DNA of 64,000 nucleotides from Eledone cirrhosa (Eukaryota): assembly GCA_964016885.1 (NCBI GenBank), contig OZ024748.1, forward strand, positions 37,262,001 through 37,326,000, read 5' to 3'. This document shows positions 44,101 through 59,100 of this stretch, in pieces; within the stretch, counting starts at the first letter, position 1, and the number at the start of each line of letters is the position of its first letter. A model generated the notes under the pieces. The model had not been told where the DNA came from. It saw only the letters and a program-made list of their open reading frames with translations, and searched no databases. A program made the translations under genes and the position numbers.

Positions 44101-47100
44101 AGATATAGTATGACAATGTCAGTGTCAGTGTTAACTACCTCTCGATCTAGTATGACAATGTCAGTGTCAGTGTTAACTACCACAAGATCTAGTGTGACAA
44201 TGTTAGTGTCAGTGTTAACTACCTCTAGATATAGTATGACAATGTCAGTGTCAGTGTTTACTACCTCTAGATCTAGTATGACAATGTTAGTGTCAGTGTT
44301 AACTACCTCTAGATCTAGTGTGACAATGTTAGTGTCAGTGTTAACTACCTCTAGATATAGTATGACAATGTCAGTGTCAGTGTTAACTACCTCTAGATCT
44401 AGTATGACAATGTCAGTGTCAGTGTTAACTACCTCTAGATCTAGTATGACAATGTCAGTGTCAGTGTTAACTACCACTAGATCTAGTATGACAATGTCAG
44501 TGTCAGTGTTAACTACCACAAGATCTAGTGTGACAATGTTAGTGTCAGTGTTAACTACCTCTAGATCTAGTATGACAATGTCAGAGTTAACTACCTCTAG
44601 ATCTAGTATGACAATGTCAGTGTCAGTGTTAACTACCTCTAGATCTAGTATGACAATGTCAGTGTCAGTGTTAACAACCTCTAGATCTAGTATGACAATG
44701 TTAGTGTCAGTGTTAACTACCACTATGTCTAGTATGACAATGTCAGTGTCAGTGTTAACTACCTCTAGATATAGTATGACAATGTCAGTGTCAGTGTTAA
44801 CTACCTCTAGATCTAGTATGACAATGTCAGTGTCAGTGTTAACTACCACAAGATCTAGTGTGACAATGTTAGTGTCAGTGTTAACTACCTCTAGATATAG
44901 TATGACAATGTCAGTGTCAGTGTTTACTACCTCTAGATCTAGTATGACAATGTTAGTGTCAGTGTTAACTACCTCTAGATCTAGTGTGACAATGTTAGTG
45001 TCAGTGTTAACTACCTCTAGATATAGTATGACAATGTCAGTGTCAGTGTTAACTACCACAAGATCTAGTGTGACAATGTTAGTGTCAGTGTTAACTACCT
45101 GTAGATATAGTATGACAATGTCAGTGTCAGTGTTTACTACCTCTAGATCTAGTATGACAATGTCAGTGTCAGTGTTAACTACCTCTAGATCTAGTATGAC
45201 AATGTTAGTGTCAGTGTTAACTACCTCTAGATCTAGTATGACAATGTTAGTGTCAGTGTTAACTATCTCTAGATCTAGTGTGACAATGTTAGTGTCAGTG
45301 TTAACTACCTCTAGATCTAGTATGACAATGTCAGTGTCAGTGTTAACTACCTCTAGATCTAGTATGACAATGTCAGTGTCAGGGTTAACTACCTCTAGAT
45401 CTAGTATGACAATGTTAGTGTCAGTGTTAACTACCACTAGATCTAGTGTGACAATGTTAGTGTCAGTGTTAACTACCACTAGATCTAGTATGACAATGTC
45501 AGTGTCACTGTTAACTACCTCTAGATCTAGTGTGACAATGTTAGTGTCAGTGTTAACTACCACTAGATCTAGTGTGACAATGTTAGTGTCAGTGTTAACT
45601 ACCACTAGATCTAGTATGACAATGTCAGTGTCAGTGTTAACTACCTCTAGATCTAGTATGACAATGTTAGTGTCAGTGTTAACTACCTCTAGATATAGTA
45701 TGACAATATCAGTGTCAGTGTTAACTACCACAAGATCTAGTGTGACAATGTTAGTGTCAGTGTTAACTACCTGTAGATATAGTATGACAATATCAGTGTC
45801 AGTGTTTACTACCTCTAGATCTAGTATGACAATGTTAGTGTCAGTGTTAACTACCTCTAGATCTAGTGTGACAATGTTAGTGTCAGTGTTAACTACCTCT
45901 AGATCTAGTATGACAATGTCAGTGTCAGTGTTAACTACCTCTAGATCTAGTATGACAATGTCAGTGTCAGGGTTAACTACCTCTAGATCTAGTATGACAA
46001 TGTCAGTGTCAGTGTTAACTACCTCTAGATCTAGTATGACAATGTCAGTGTCAGTGTTAACTACCTCTAGATCTAGTATGACAATGTCAGTGTCAGGGTT
46101 AACTACCTCTAGATCTAGTATGACAATGTTAGTGTCAGTGTTAACTACCACTAGATCTAGTGTGACAATGTTAGTGTCAGTGTTAACTACCACTAGATCT
46201 AGTATGACAATGTCAGTGTCACTGTTAACTACCACTAGATCTAGTGTGACAATGTTAGTGTCAGTGTTAACTACCACTAGATCTAGTATGACAATGTCAG
46301 TGTCAGTGTTAACTACCTCTAGATCTAGTATGACAATGTTAGTGTCAGTGTTAACTACCTCTAGATCTAGTGTGACAATGTCAGTGTCACTGTTAACTAC
46401 CTCTAGATCTAGTATGACAATGTTAGTGTCAGTGTTAACTATCTCTAGATCTAGTGTGACAATGTTAGTGTCAGTGTTAACTACCTCTAGATATAGTATG
46501 ACAATGTCAGTGTCAGTGTTAACTACCTCTCGATCTAGTATGACAATATCAGTGTCAGTGTTAACTACCACAAGATCTAGTGTGACAATGTTAGTGTCAG
46601 TGTTAACTACCTCTAGATATAGTATGACAATGTCAGTGTCAGTGTTTACTACCTCTAGATCTAGTATGACAATGTTAGTGTCAGTGTTAACTACCTCTAG
46701 ATCTAGTGTGACAATGTTAGTGTCAGTGTTAACTACCTCTAGATATAGTATGACAATGTCAGTGTCAGTGTTAACTACCTCTAGATCTAGTATGACAATG
46801 TCAGTGTCAGTGTTAACTACCTCTAGATCTAGTATGACAATGTCAGTGTCAGTGTTAACTACCACTAGATCTAGTATGACAATGTCAGTGTCAGTGTTAA
46901 CTACCACAAGATCTAGTGTGACAATGTTAGTGTCAGTGTTAACTACCTCTAGATCTAGTATGACAATGTCAGAGTTAACTACCTCTAGATCTAGTATGAC
47001 AATGTCAGTGTCAGTGTTAACTACCTCTAGATCTAGTATGACAATGTCAGTGTCAGTGTTAACAACCTCTAGATCTAGTATGACAATGTTAGTGTCAGTG

Positions 47101-50100
47101 TTAACTACCACTATGTCTAGTATGACAATGTCAGTGTCAGTGTTAACTACCTCTAGATATAGTATGACAATGTCAGTGTCAGTGTTAACTACCTCTCGAT
47201 CTAGTATGACAATGTCAGTGTCAGTGTTAACTACCACAAGATCTAGTGTGACAATGTTAGTGTCAGTGTTAACTACCTCTAGATATAGTATGACAATGTC
47301 AGTGTCAGTGTTTACTACCTCTAGATCTAGTATGACAATGTTAGTGTCAGTGTTAACTACCTCTAGATCTAGTGTGACAATGTTAGTGTCAGTGTTAACT
47401 ACCTCTAGATATAGTATGACAATGTCAGTGTCAGTGTTAACTACCTCTAGATCTAGTATGACAATGTCAGTGTCAGTGTTAACTACCTCTAGATCTAGTA
47501 TGACAATGTCAGTGTCAGTGTTAACTACCACTAGATCTAGTATGACAATGTCAGTGTCAGTGTTAACTACCACAAGATCTAGTGTGACAATGTTAGTGTC
47601 AGTGTTAACTACCTCTAGATCTAGTATGACAATGTCAGAGTTAACTACCTCTAGATCTAGTATGACAATGTCAGTGTCAGTGTTAACTACCTCTAGATCT
47701 AGTATGACAATGTCAGTGTCAGTGTTAACAACCTCTAGATCTAGTATGACAATGTTAGTGTCAGTGTTAACTACCACTATGTCTAGTATGACAATGTCAG
47801 TGTCAGTGTTAACTACCTCTAGATATAGTATGACAATGTCAGTGTCAGTGTTAACTACCTCTAGATCTAGTATGACAATGTCAGTGTCAGTGTTAACTAC
47901 CACAAGATCTAGTGTGACAATGTTAGTGTCAGTGTTAACTACCTCTAGATATAGTATGACAATGTCAGTGTCAGTGTTTACTACCTCTAGATCTAGTATG
48001 ACAATGTTGGTGTCAGTGTTAACTACCTCTAGATCTAGTGTGACAATGTTAGTGTCAGTGTTAACTACCTCTAGATATAGTATGACAATGTCAGTGTCAG
48101 TGTTAACTACCACAAGATCTAGTGTGACAATGTTAGTGTCAGTGTTAACTACCTGTAGATATAGTATGACAATGTCAGTGTCAGTGTTTACTACCTCTAG
48201 ATCTAGTATGACAATGTCAGTGTCAGTGTTAACTACCTCTAGATCTAGTATGACAATGTTAGTGTCAGTGTTAACTACCTCTAGATCTAGTATGACAATG
48301 TTAGTGTCAGTGTTAACTATCTCTAGATCTAGTGTGACAATGTTAGTGTCAGTGTTAACTACCTCTAGATCTAGTATGACAATGTCAGTGTCAGTGTTAA
48401 CTACCTCTAGATCTAGTATGACAATGTCAGTGTCAGGGTTAACTACCTCTAGATCTAGTATGACAATGTTAGTGTCAGTGTTAACTACCACTAGATCTAG
48501 TGTGACAATGTTAGTGTCAGTGTTAACTACCACTAGATCTAGTATGACAATGTCAGTGTCACTGTTAACTACCTCTAGATCTAGTGTGACAATGTTAGTG
48601 TCAGTGTTAACTACCACTAGATCTAGTGTGACAATGTTAGTGTCAGTGTTAACTACCACTAGATCTAGTATGACAATGTCAGTGTCAGTGTTAACTACCT
48701 CTAGATCTAGTATGACAATGTTAGTGTCAGTGTTAACTACCTCTAGATATAGTATGACAATATCAGTGTCAGTGTTAACTACCACAAGATCTAGTGTGAC
48801 AATGTTAGTGTCAGTGTTAACTACCTGTAGATATAGTATGACAATATCAGTGTCAGTGTTTACTACCTCTAGATCTAGTATGACAATGTTAGTGTCAGTG
48901 TTAACTACCTCTAGATCTAGTGTGACAATGTTAGTGTCAGTGTTAACTACCTCTAGATCTAGTATGACAATGTCAGTGTCAGTGTTAACTACCTCTAGAT
49001 CTAGTATGACAATGTCAGTGTCAGGGTTAACTACCTCTAGATCTAGTATGACAATGTCAGTGTCAGTGTTAACTACCTCTAGATCTAGTATGACAATGTC
49101 AGTGTCAGTGTTAACTACCTCTAGATCTAGTATGACAATGTCAGTGTCAGGGTTAACTACCTCTAGATCTAGTATGACAATGTTAGTGTCAGTGTTAACT
49201 ACCACTAGATCTAGTGTGACAATGTAAGTGTCAGTGTTAACTACCACTAGATCTAGTATGACAATGTCAGTGTCACTGTTAACTACCACTAGATCTAGTG
49301 TGACAATGTTAGTGTCAGTGTTAACTACCACTAGATCTAGTATGACAATGTCAGTGTCAGTGTTAACTACCTCTAGATCTAGTATGACAATGTTAGTGTC
49401 AGTGTTAACTACCTCTAGATCTAGTGTGACAATGTCAGTGTCACTGTTAACTACCTCTAGATCTAGTATGACAATGTTAGTGTCAGTGTTAACTATCTCT
49501 AGATCTAGTGTGACAATGTTAGTGTCAGTGTTAACTACCTCTAGATATAGTATGACAATGTCAGTGTCAGTGTTAACTACCTCTCGATCTAGTATGACAA
49601 TATCAGTGTCAGTGTTAACTACCACAAGATCTAGTGTGACAATGTTAGTGTCAGTGTTAACTACCTCTAGATATAGTATGACAATGTCAGTGTCAGTGTT
49701 TACTACCTCTAGATCTAGTATGACAATGTTAGTGTCAGTGTTAACTACCTCTAGATCTAGTGTGACAATGTTAGTGTCAGTGTTAACTACCTCTAGATAT
49801 AGTATGACAATGTCAGTGTCAGTGTTAACTACCTCTAGATCTAGTATGACAATGTCAGTGTCAGTGTTAACTACCTCTAGATCTAGTATGACAATGTCAG
49901 TGTCAGTGTTAACTACCACTAGATCTAGTATGACAATGTCAGTGTCAGTGTTAACTACCACAAGATCTAGTGTGACAATGTTAGTGTCAGTGTTAACTAC
50001 CTCTAGATCTAGTATGACAATGTCAGAGTTAACTACCTCTAGATCTAGTATGACAATGTCAGTGTCAGTGTTAACTACCTCTAGATCTAGTATGACAATG

Positions 50101-53100
50101 TCAGTGTCAGTGTTAACAACCTCTAGATCTAGTATGACAATGTTAGTGTCAGTGTTAACTACCACTATGTCTAGTATGACAATGTCAGTGTCAGTGTTAA
50201 CTACCTCTAGATATAGTATGACAATGTCAGTGTCAGTGTTAACTACCTCTAGATCTAGTATGACAATGTCAGTGTCAGTGTTAACTACCACAAGATCTAG
50301 TGTGACAATGTTAGTGTCAGTGTTAACTACCTCTAGATATAGTATGACAATGTCAGTGTCAGTGTTTACTACCTCTAGATCTAGTATGACAATGTTAGTG
50401 TCAGTGTTAACTACCTCTATATCTAGTGTGACAATGTTAGTGTCAGTGTTAACTACCTCTAGATATAGTATGACAATGTCAGTGTCAGTGTTAACTACCA
50501 CAAGATCTAGTGTGACAATGTTAGTGTCAGTGTTAACTACCTGTAGATATAGTATGACAATGTCAGTGTCAGTGTTTACTACCTCTAGATCTAGTATGAC
50601 AATGTCAGTGTCAGTGTTAACTACCTCTAGATCTAGTATGACAATGTTAGTGTCAGTGTTAACTACCTCTAGATCTAGTATGACAATGTTAGTGTCAGTG
50701 TTAACTATCTCTAGATCTAGTGTGACAATGTTAGTGTCAGTGTTAACTACCTCTAGATCTAGTATGACAATGTCAGTGTCAGTGTTAACTACCTCTAGAT
50801 CTAGTATGACAATGTCAGTGTCAGGGTTAACTACCTCTAGATCTAGTATGACAATGTTAGTGTCAGTGTTAACTACCACTAGATCTAGTGTGACAATGTT
50901 AGTGTCAGTGTTAACTACCTCTAGATCTAGTATGACAATGTTAGTGTCAGTGTTAACTACCTCTAGATATAGTATGACAATATCAGTGTCAGTGTTAACT
51001 ACCACAAGATCTTGTGTGACAATGTTAGTGTCAGTGTTAACTACCTGTAGATATAGTATGACAATATCAGTGTCAGTGTTTACTACCTCTAGATCTAGTA
51101 TGACAATGTTAGTGTCAGTGTTAACTACCTCTAGATCTAGTGTGACAATGTTAGTGTCAGTGTTAACTACCTCTAGATCTAGTATGACAATGTCAGTGTC
51201 AGTGTTAACTACCTCTAGATCTAGTATGACAATGTTAGTGTCAGTGTTAACTAACACTAGATCTAGTATGACAATGTCAGTGTCAGTGTTAACTACCTCT
51301 AGATCTAGTATGACAATGTTATTGTCAGTGTTAACTACCTCTAGATCTAGTATGACAATGTTAGTGTCAGTGTTAACTACCTCTAGATCTAGTATGACAA
51401 TGTTAGTGTCAGTGTTAACTACCTCTAGATCTAGTGTGACAATGTTAGTGTCAGTGTTAACTACCTCTAGATCTAGTATGACAATGTCAGTGTCAGTGTT
51501 AACTACCTCTAGATCTAGTATGACAATGTCAGTGTCAGGGTTAACTACCTCTAGATCTAGTATGACAATGTTAGTGTCAGTGTTAACTACCACTAGATCT
51601 AGTGTGACAATGTTAGTGTCAGTGTTAACTACCACTAGATCTAGTATGACAATGTCAGTGTCACTGTTAACTACCACTAGATCTAGTGTGACAATGTTAG
51701 TGTCAGTGTTAACTACCACTAGATCTAGTGTGACAATGTTAGTGTCAGTGTTAACTACCACTAGATCTAGTATGACAATGTCAGTGTCAGTGTTAACTAC
51801 CTCTAGATCTAGTATGACAATGTCAGTGTCAGGGTTAACTACCTCTAGATCTAGTATGACAATGTTAGTGTCAGTGTTAACTACCTCTAGATCTAGTGTG
51901 ACAATGTCAGTGTCAGTGTTAACTACCTCTAGATCTAGTATGACAATGTTAGTGTCAGTGTTAACTATCTCTAGATCTAGTGTGACAATGTTAGTGTCAG
52001 TGTTAACTACCTCTAGATATAGTGTGACAATGTCAGTGTCAGTGTTTACTACCTCTAGATCTAGTATGACAATGTTAGTGTCAGTGTTAACTACCTCTAG
52101 ATCTAGTGTGACAATGTTAGTGTCAGTGTTAACTACCTCTAGATATAGTATGACAATGTCAGTGTCAGTGTTAACTACCTCTAGATCTAGTATGACAATG
52201 TCAGTGTCAGTGTTAACTACCTCTAGATCTAGTATGACAATGTCAGTGTCAGTGTTAACTACCACTAGATCTAGTATGACAATGTCAGTGTCAGTGTTAA
52301 CTACCACTAGATCTAGTATGACAATGTCAGAGTTAACTACCTCTAGATCTAGTATGACAATGTCAGTGTCAGTGTTAACTACCTCTAGATCTAGTGTGAC
52401 AATGTTAGTGTCAGTGTTAACTACCACTAGATCTAGTGTGACAATGTTAGTGTCAGTATTAACTACCACTAGATCTAGTATGACAATGTCAGTGTCAGTG
52501 TTAACTACCTCTAGATCTAGTATGACAATGTTAGTGTCAGTGTTAACTACCTCTAGATATAGTATGACAATATCAGTGTCAGTGTTAACTACCACAAGAT
52601 CTTGTGTGACAATGTTAGTGTCAGTGTTAACTACCTGTAGATATAGTATGACAATATCAGTGTCAGTGTTTACTACCTCTAGATCTAGTATGACAATGTT
52701 AGTGTCAGTGTTAACTACCTCTAGATCTAGTGTGACAATGTTAGTGTCAGTGTTAACTACCTCTAGATCTAGTATGACAATGTCAGTGTCACTGTTAACT
52801 ACCTCTAGATCTAGTATGACAATGTTAGTGTCAGTGTTAACTAACACTAGATCTAGTATGACAATGTCAGTGTCAGTGTTAACTACCTCTAGATCTAGTA
52901 TGACAATGTTATTGTCAGTGTTAACTACCTCTAGATCTAGTATGACAATGTTAGTGTCAGTGTTAACTACCTCTAGATCTAGTGTGACAATGTTAGTGTC
53001 AGTGTTAACTACCTCTAGATCTAGTATGACAATGTCAGTGTCAGTGTTAACTACCTCTAGATCTTGTATGACAATGTCAGTGTCAGGGTTAACTACCTCT

Positions 53101-56100
53101 AGATCTAGTATGACAATGTTAGTGTCAGTGTTAACTACCAGAAGATCTAGTGTGACAATGTTAGTGTCAGTGTTAACTACCTCTAGATATAGTATGACAA
53201 TGTCAGTGTCAGTGTTTACTACCTCTAGATCTAGTATGACAATGTTAGTGTTAGTGTTAACTACCTCTAGATCTAGTGTGACAATGTTAGTGTCAGTGTT
53301 AACTACCTCTAGATATAGTATGCCAATGTCAGTGTCAGTGTTAACTACCTCTAGATCTAGTATGACAATGTCAGTGTCAGTGTTAACTACCTCTAGATCT
53401 AGTATGACAATGTCAGTGTCAGTGTTAACTACCACTAGATCTAGTATGACAATGTCAGTGTCAGTGTTAACTACCACAAGATCTAGTGTGACAATGTTAG
53501 TGTCAGTGTTAACTAACACTAGATATAGTATGACAATGTCAGTGTCAGTGTTAACTACCTCTAGATCTAGTGTGACAATGTTAGTGTCAGTGTTAACTAC
53601 CTGTAGATATAGTATGACAATATCAGTGTCAGTGTTTACTACCTCTAGATCTAGTATGACAATGTTAGTGTCAGTGTTAACTACCTCTAGATCTAGTGTG
53701 ACAATGTTAGTGTCAGTGTTAACTACCTCTAGATCTAGTATGACAACGTCAGTGTCAGTGTTAACTACCTCTAGATCTAGTATGACAATGTTAGTGTCAG
53801 TGTTAACTAACACTAGATCTAGTATGACAATGTCAGTGTCAGTGTTAACTACCTCTAGATCTAGTATGACAATGTTATTGTCAGTGTTAACTACCTCTAG
53901 ATCTAGTATGACAATGTTAGTGTCAGTGTTAACTACCTCTAGATCTAGTGTGACAATGTTAGTGTCAGTGTTAACTACCTCTAGATCTAGTATGACAATG
54001 TTAGTGTCAGTGTTAACTACCTCTAGATCTAGTATGACAATGTCAGTGTCAGGGTTAACTACCTCTAGATCTAGTATGACAATGTCAGTGTCAGTGTTAA
54101 CTACCTCTAGATCTAGTATGACAATGTCAGTGTCAGTGTTAACTACCTCTAGATCTAGTATGACAATGTCAGTGTCAGGGTTAACTACCTCTAGATCTAG
54201 TATGACAATGTTAGTGTCAGTGTTAACTACCACTAGATCTAGTGTGACAATGTTAGTGTCAGTGTTAACTACCACTAGATCTAGTATGACAATGTCAGTG
54301 TCACTGTTAACTACCACTAGATCTAGTGTGACAATGTTAGTGTCAGTGTTAACTACCACTAGATCTAGTGTGACAATGTTAGTGTCAGTGTTAACTACCA
54401 CTAGATCTAGTATGACAATGTCAGTGTCAGTGTTAACTACCTCTAGATCTAGTATGACAATGTTAGTGTCAGTGTTAACTACCTCTAGATCTAGTGTGAC
54501 AATGTCAGTGTCACTGTTAACTACCTCTAGATCTAGTATGACAATGTTAGTGTCAGTGTTAACTATCTCTAGATCTAGTGTGACAATGTTAGTGTCAGTG
54601 TTAACTACCTCTAGATATAGTATGACAATGTCAGTGTCAGTGTTAACTACCTCTCGATCTAGTATGACAATGTCAGTGTCAGTGTTAACTACCACAAGAT
54701 CTAGTGTGACAATGTTAGTGTCAGTGTTAACTACCTCTAGATATAGTATGACAATGTCAGTGTCAGTGTTTACTACCTCTAGATCTAGTATGACAATGTT
54801 AGTGTCAGTGTTAACTACCTCTAGATCTAGTGTGACAATGTTAGTGTCAGTGTTAACTACCTCTAGATATAGTATGACAATGTCAGTGTCAGTGTTAACT
54901 ACCTCTAGATCTAGTATGACAATGTCAGTGTCAGTGTTAACTACCTCTAGATCTAGTATGACAATGTCAGTGTCAGTGTTAACTACCACTAGATCTAGTA
55001 TGACAATGTCAGTGTCAGTGTTAACTACCACAAGATCTAGTGTGACAATGTTAGTGTCAGTGTTAACTACCTCTAGATCTAGTATGACAATGTCAGAGTT
55101 AACTACCTCTAGATCTAGTATGACAATGTCAGTGTCAGTGTTAACTACCTCTAGATCTAGTATGACAATGTCAGTGTCAGTGTTAACAACCTCTAGATCT
55201 AGTATGACAATGTTAGTGTCAGTGTTAACTACCACTATGTCTAGTATGACAATGTCAGTGTCAGTGTTAACTACCTCTAGATATAGTATGACAATGTCAG
55301 TGTCAGTGTTAACTACCTCTAGATCTAGTATGACAATGTCAGTGTCAGTGTTAACTACCACAAGATCTAGTGTGACAATGTTAGTGTCAGTGTTAACTAC
55401 CTCTAGATATAGTATGACAATGTCAGTGTCAGTGTTTACTACCTCTAGATCTAGTATGACAATGTTAGTGTCAGTGTTAACTACCTCTAGATCTAGTGTG
55501 ACAATGTTAGTGTCAGTGTTAACTACCTCTAGATATAGTATGACAATGTCAGTGTCAGTGTTAACTACCACAAGATCTAGTGTGACAATGTTAGTGTCAG
55601 TGTTAACTACCTGTAGATATAGTATGACAATGTCAGTGTCAGTGTTTACTACCTCTAGATCTAGTATGACAATGTCAGTGTCAGTGTTAACTACCTCTAG
55701 ATCTAGTATGACAATGTTAGTGTCAGTGTTAACTACCTCTAGATCTAGTATGACAATGTTAGTGTCAGTGTTAACTATCTCTAGATCTAGTGTGACAATG
55801 TTAGTGTCAGTGTTAACTACCTCTAGATCTAGTATGACAATGTCAGTGTCAGTGTTAACTACCTCTAGATCTAGTATGACAATGTCAGTGTCAGGGTTAA
55901 CTACCTCTAGATCTAGTATGACAATGTTAGTGTCAGTGTTAACTACCACTAGATCTAGTGTGACAATGTTAGTGTCAGTGTTAACTACCACTAGATCTAG
56001 TATGACAATGTCAGTGTCACTGTTAACTACCTCTAGATCTAGTGTGACAATGTTAGTGTCAGTGTTAACTACCACTAGATCTAGTGTGACAATGTTAGTG

Positions 56101-59100
56101 TCAGTGTTAACTACCACTAGATCTAGTATGACAATGTCAGTGTCAGTGTTAACTACCTCTAGATCTAGTATGACAATGTTAGTGTCAGTGTTAACTACCT
56201 CTAGATATAGTATGACAATATTAGTGTCAGTGTTAACTACCACAAGATCTTGTGTGACAATGTTAGTGTCAGTGTTAACTACCTGTAGATATAGTATGAC
56301 AATATCAGTGTCAGTGTTTACTACCTCTAGATCTAGTATGACAATGTTAGTGTCAGTGTTAACTACCTCTAGATCTAGTGTGACAATGTTAGTGTCAGTG
56401 TTAACTACCTCTAGATCTAGTATGACAATGTCAGTGTCAGTGTTAACTACCTCTAGATCTAGTATGACAATGTTAGTGTCAGTGTTAACTAACACTAGAT
56501 CTAGTATGACAATGTCAGTGTCAGTGTTAACTACCTCAAGATCTAGTATGACAATGTTATTGTCAGTGTTAACTACCTCTAGATCTAGTATGACAATGTT
56601 AGTGTCAGTGTTAACTACCTCTAGATCTAGTATGACAATGTTAGTGTCAGTGTTAACTACCTCTAGATCTAGTGTGACAATGTTAGTGTCAGTGTTAACT
56701 ACCTCTAGATCTAGTATGACAATGTCAGTGTCAGTGTTAACTACCTCTAGATCTAGTATGACAATGTCAGTGTCAGGGTTAACTACCTCTAGATCTAGTA
56801 TGACAATGTTAGTGTCAGTGTTAACTACCACTAGATCTAGTGTGACAATGTTAGTGTCAGTGTTAACTACCACTAGATCTAGTATGACAATGTCAGTGTC
56901 ACTGTTAACTACCACTAGATCTAGTGTGACAATGTTAGTGTCAGTGTTAACTACCACTAGATCTAGTGTGACAATGTCAGTGTCAGTGTTAACTACCACT
57001 AGATCTAGTATGACAATGTCAGTGTCAGTGTTAACTACCTCTAGATCTAGTATGACAATGTCAGTGTCAGGGTTAACTACCTCTAGATCTAGTATGACAA
57101 TGTTAGTGTCAGTGTTAACTACCTCTAGATCTAGTGTGACAATGTCAGTGTCAGTGTTAACTACCTCTAGATCTAGTATGACAATGTTAGTGTCAGTGTT
57201 AACTATCTCTAGATCTAGTGTGACAATGTTAGTGTCAGTGTTAACTACCTCTAGATATAGTATGACAATGTCAGTGTCAGTGTTAACTACCTCTCGATCT
57301 AGTATGACAATGTCAGTGTCAGTGTTAACTACCACAAGATCTAGTGTGACAATGTTAGTGTCAGTGTTAACTACCTCTAGATATAGTATGACAATATCAG
57401 TGTCAGTGTTTACTACCTCTAGATCTAGTATGACAATGTTAGTGTCAGTGTTAACTACCTCTAGATCTAGTGTGACAATGTTAGTGTCAGTGTTAACTAC
57501 CTCTAGATATAGTGTGACAATGTCAGTGTCAGTGTTTACTACCTCTAGATCTAGTATGACAATGTTAGTGTCAGTGTTAACTACCTCTAGATCTAGTGTG
57601 ACAATGTCAGTGTCAGTGTTAACTACCTCTAGATATAGTATGACAATGTCAGTGTCAGTGTTAACTACCTCTAGATCTAGTATGACAATGTCAGTGTCAG
57701 TGTTAACTACCTCTAGATCTAGTATGACAATGTCAGTGTCAGTGTTAACTACCACTAGATCTAGTATGACAATGTCAGTGTCAGTGTTAACTACCACTAG
57801 ATCTAGTATGACAATGTCAGAGTTAACTACCTCTAGATCTAGTATGACAATGTCAGTGTCAGTGTTAACTACCTCTAGATCTAGTGTGACAATGTTAGTG
57901 TCAGTGTTAACTACCACTAGATCTAGTGTGACAATGTTAGTGTCTGTGTTAACTACCACTAGATCTAGTATGACAATGTCAGTGTCAGTGTTAACTACCT
58001 CTAGATCTAGTATGACAATGTTAGTGTCAGTGTTAACTACCTCTAGATATAGTATGACAATATCAGTGTCAGTGTTAACTACCACAAGATCTTGTGTGAC
58101 AATGTTAGTGTCAGTGTTAACTACCTGTAGATATAGTATGACAATATCAGTGTCAGTGTTTACTACCTCTAGATCTAGTATGACAATGTTAGTGTCAGTG
58201 TTAACTACCTCTAGATCTAGTGTGACAATGTTAGTGTCAGTGTTAACTACCTCTAGATCTAGTATGACAATGTCAGTGTCACTGTTAACTACCTCTAGAT
58301 CTAGTATGACAATGTTAGTGTCAGTGTTAACTAACACTAGATCTAGTATGACAATGTCAGTGTCAGTGTTAACTACCTCTAGATCTAGTATGACAATGTT
58401 ATTGTCAGTGTTAACTACCTCTAGATCTAGTATGACAATGTTAGTGTCAGTGTTAACTACCTCTAGATCTAGTGTGACAATGTTAGTGTCAGTGTTAACT
58501 ACCTCTAGATCTAGTATGACAATGTCAGTGTCAGTGTTAACTACCTCTAGATCTTGTATGACAATGTCAGTGTCAGGGTTAACTACCTCTAGATCTAGTA
58601 TGACAATGTTAGTGTCAGTGTTAACTACCACAAGATCTAGTGTGACAATGTTAGTGTCAGTGTTAACTACCTCTAGATATAGTATGACAATGTCAGTGTC
58701 AGTGTTTACTACCTCTAGATCTAGTATGACAATGTTAGTGTTAGTGTTAACTACCTCTAGATCTAGTGTGACAATGTTAGTGTCAGTGTTAACTACCTCT
58801 AGATATAGTATGACAATGTCAGTGTCAGTGTTAACTACCTCTAGATCTAGTATGACAATGTCAGTGTCAGTGTTAACTACCTCTAGATCTAGTATGACAA
58901 TGTCAGTGTCAGTGTTAACTACCACTAGATCTAGTATGACAATGTCAGTGTCAGTGTTAACTACCACAAGATCTAGTGTGACAATGTTAGTGTCAGTGTT
59001 AACTAACACTAGATATAGTATGACAATGTCAGTGTCAGTGTTAACTACCTCTAGATCTAGTATGACAATGTTATTGTCAGTGTTAACTACCTCTAGATCT

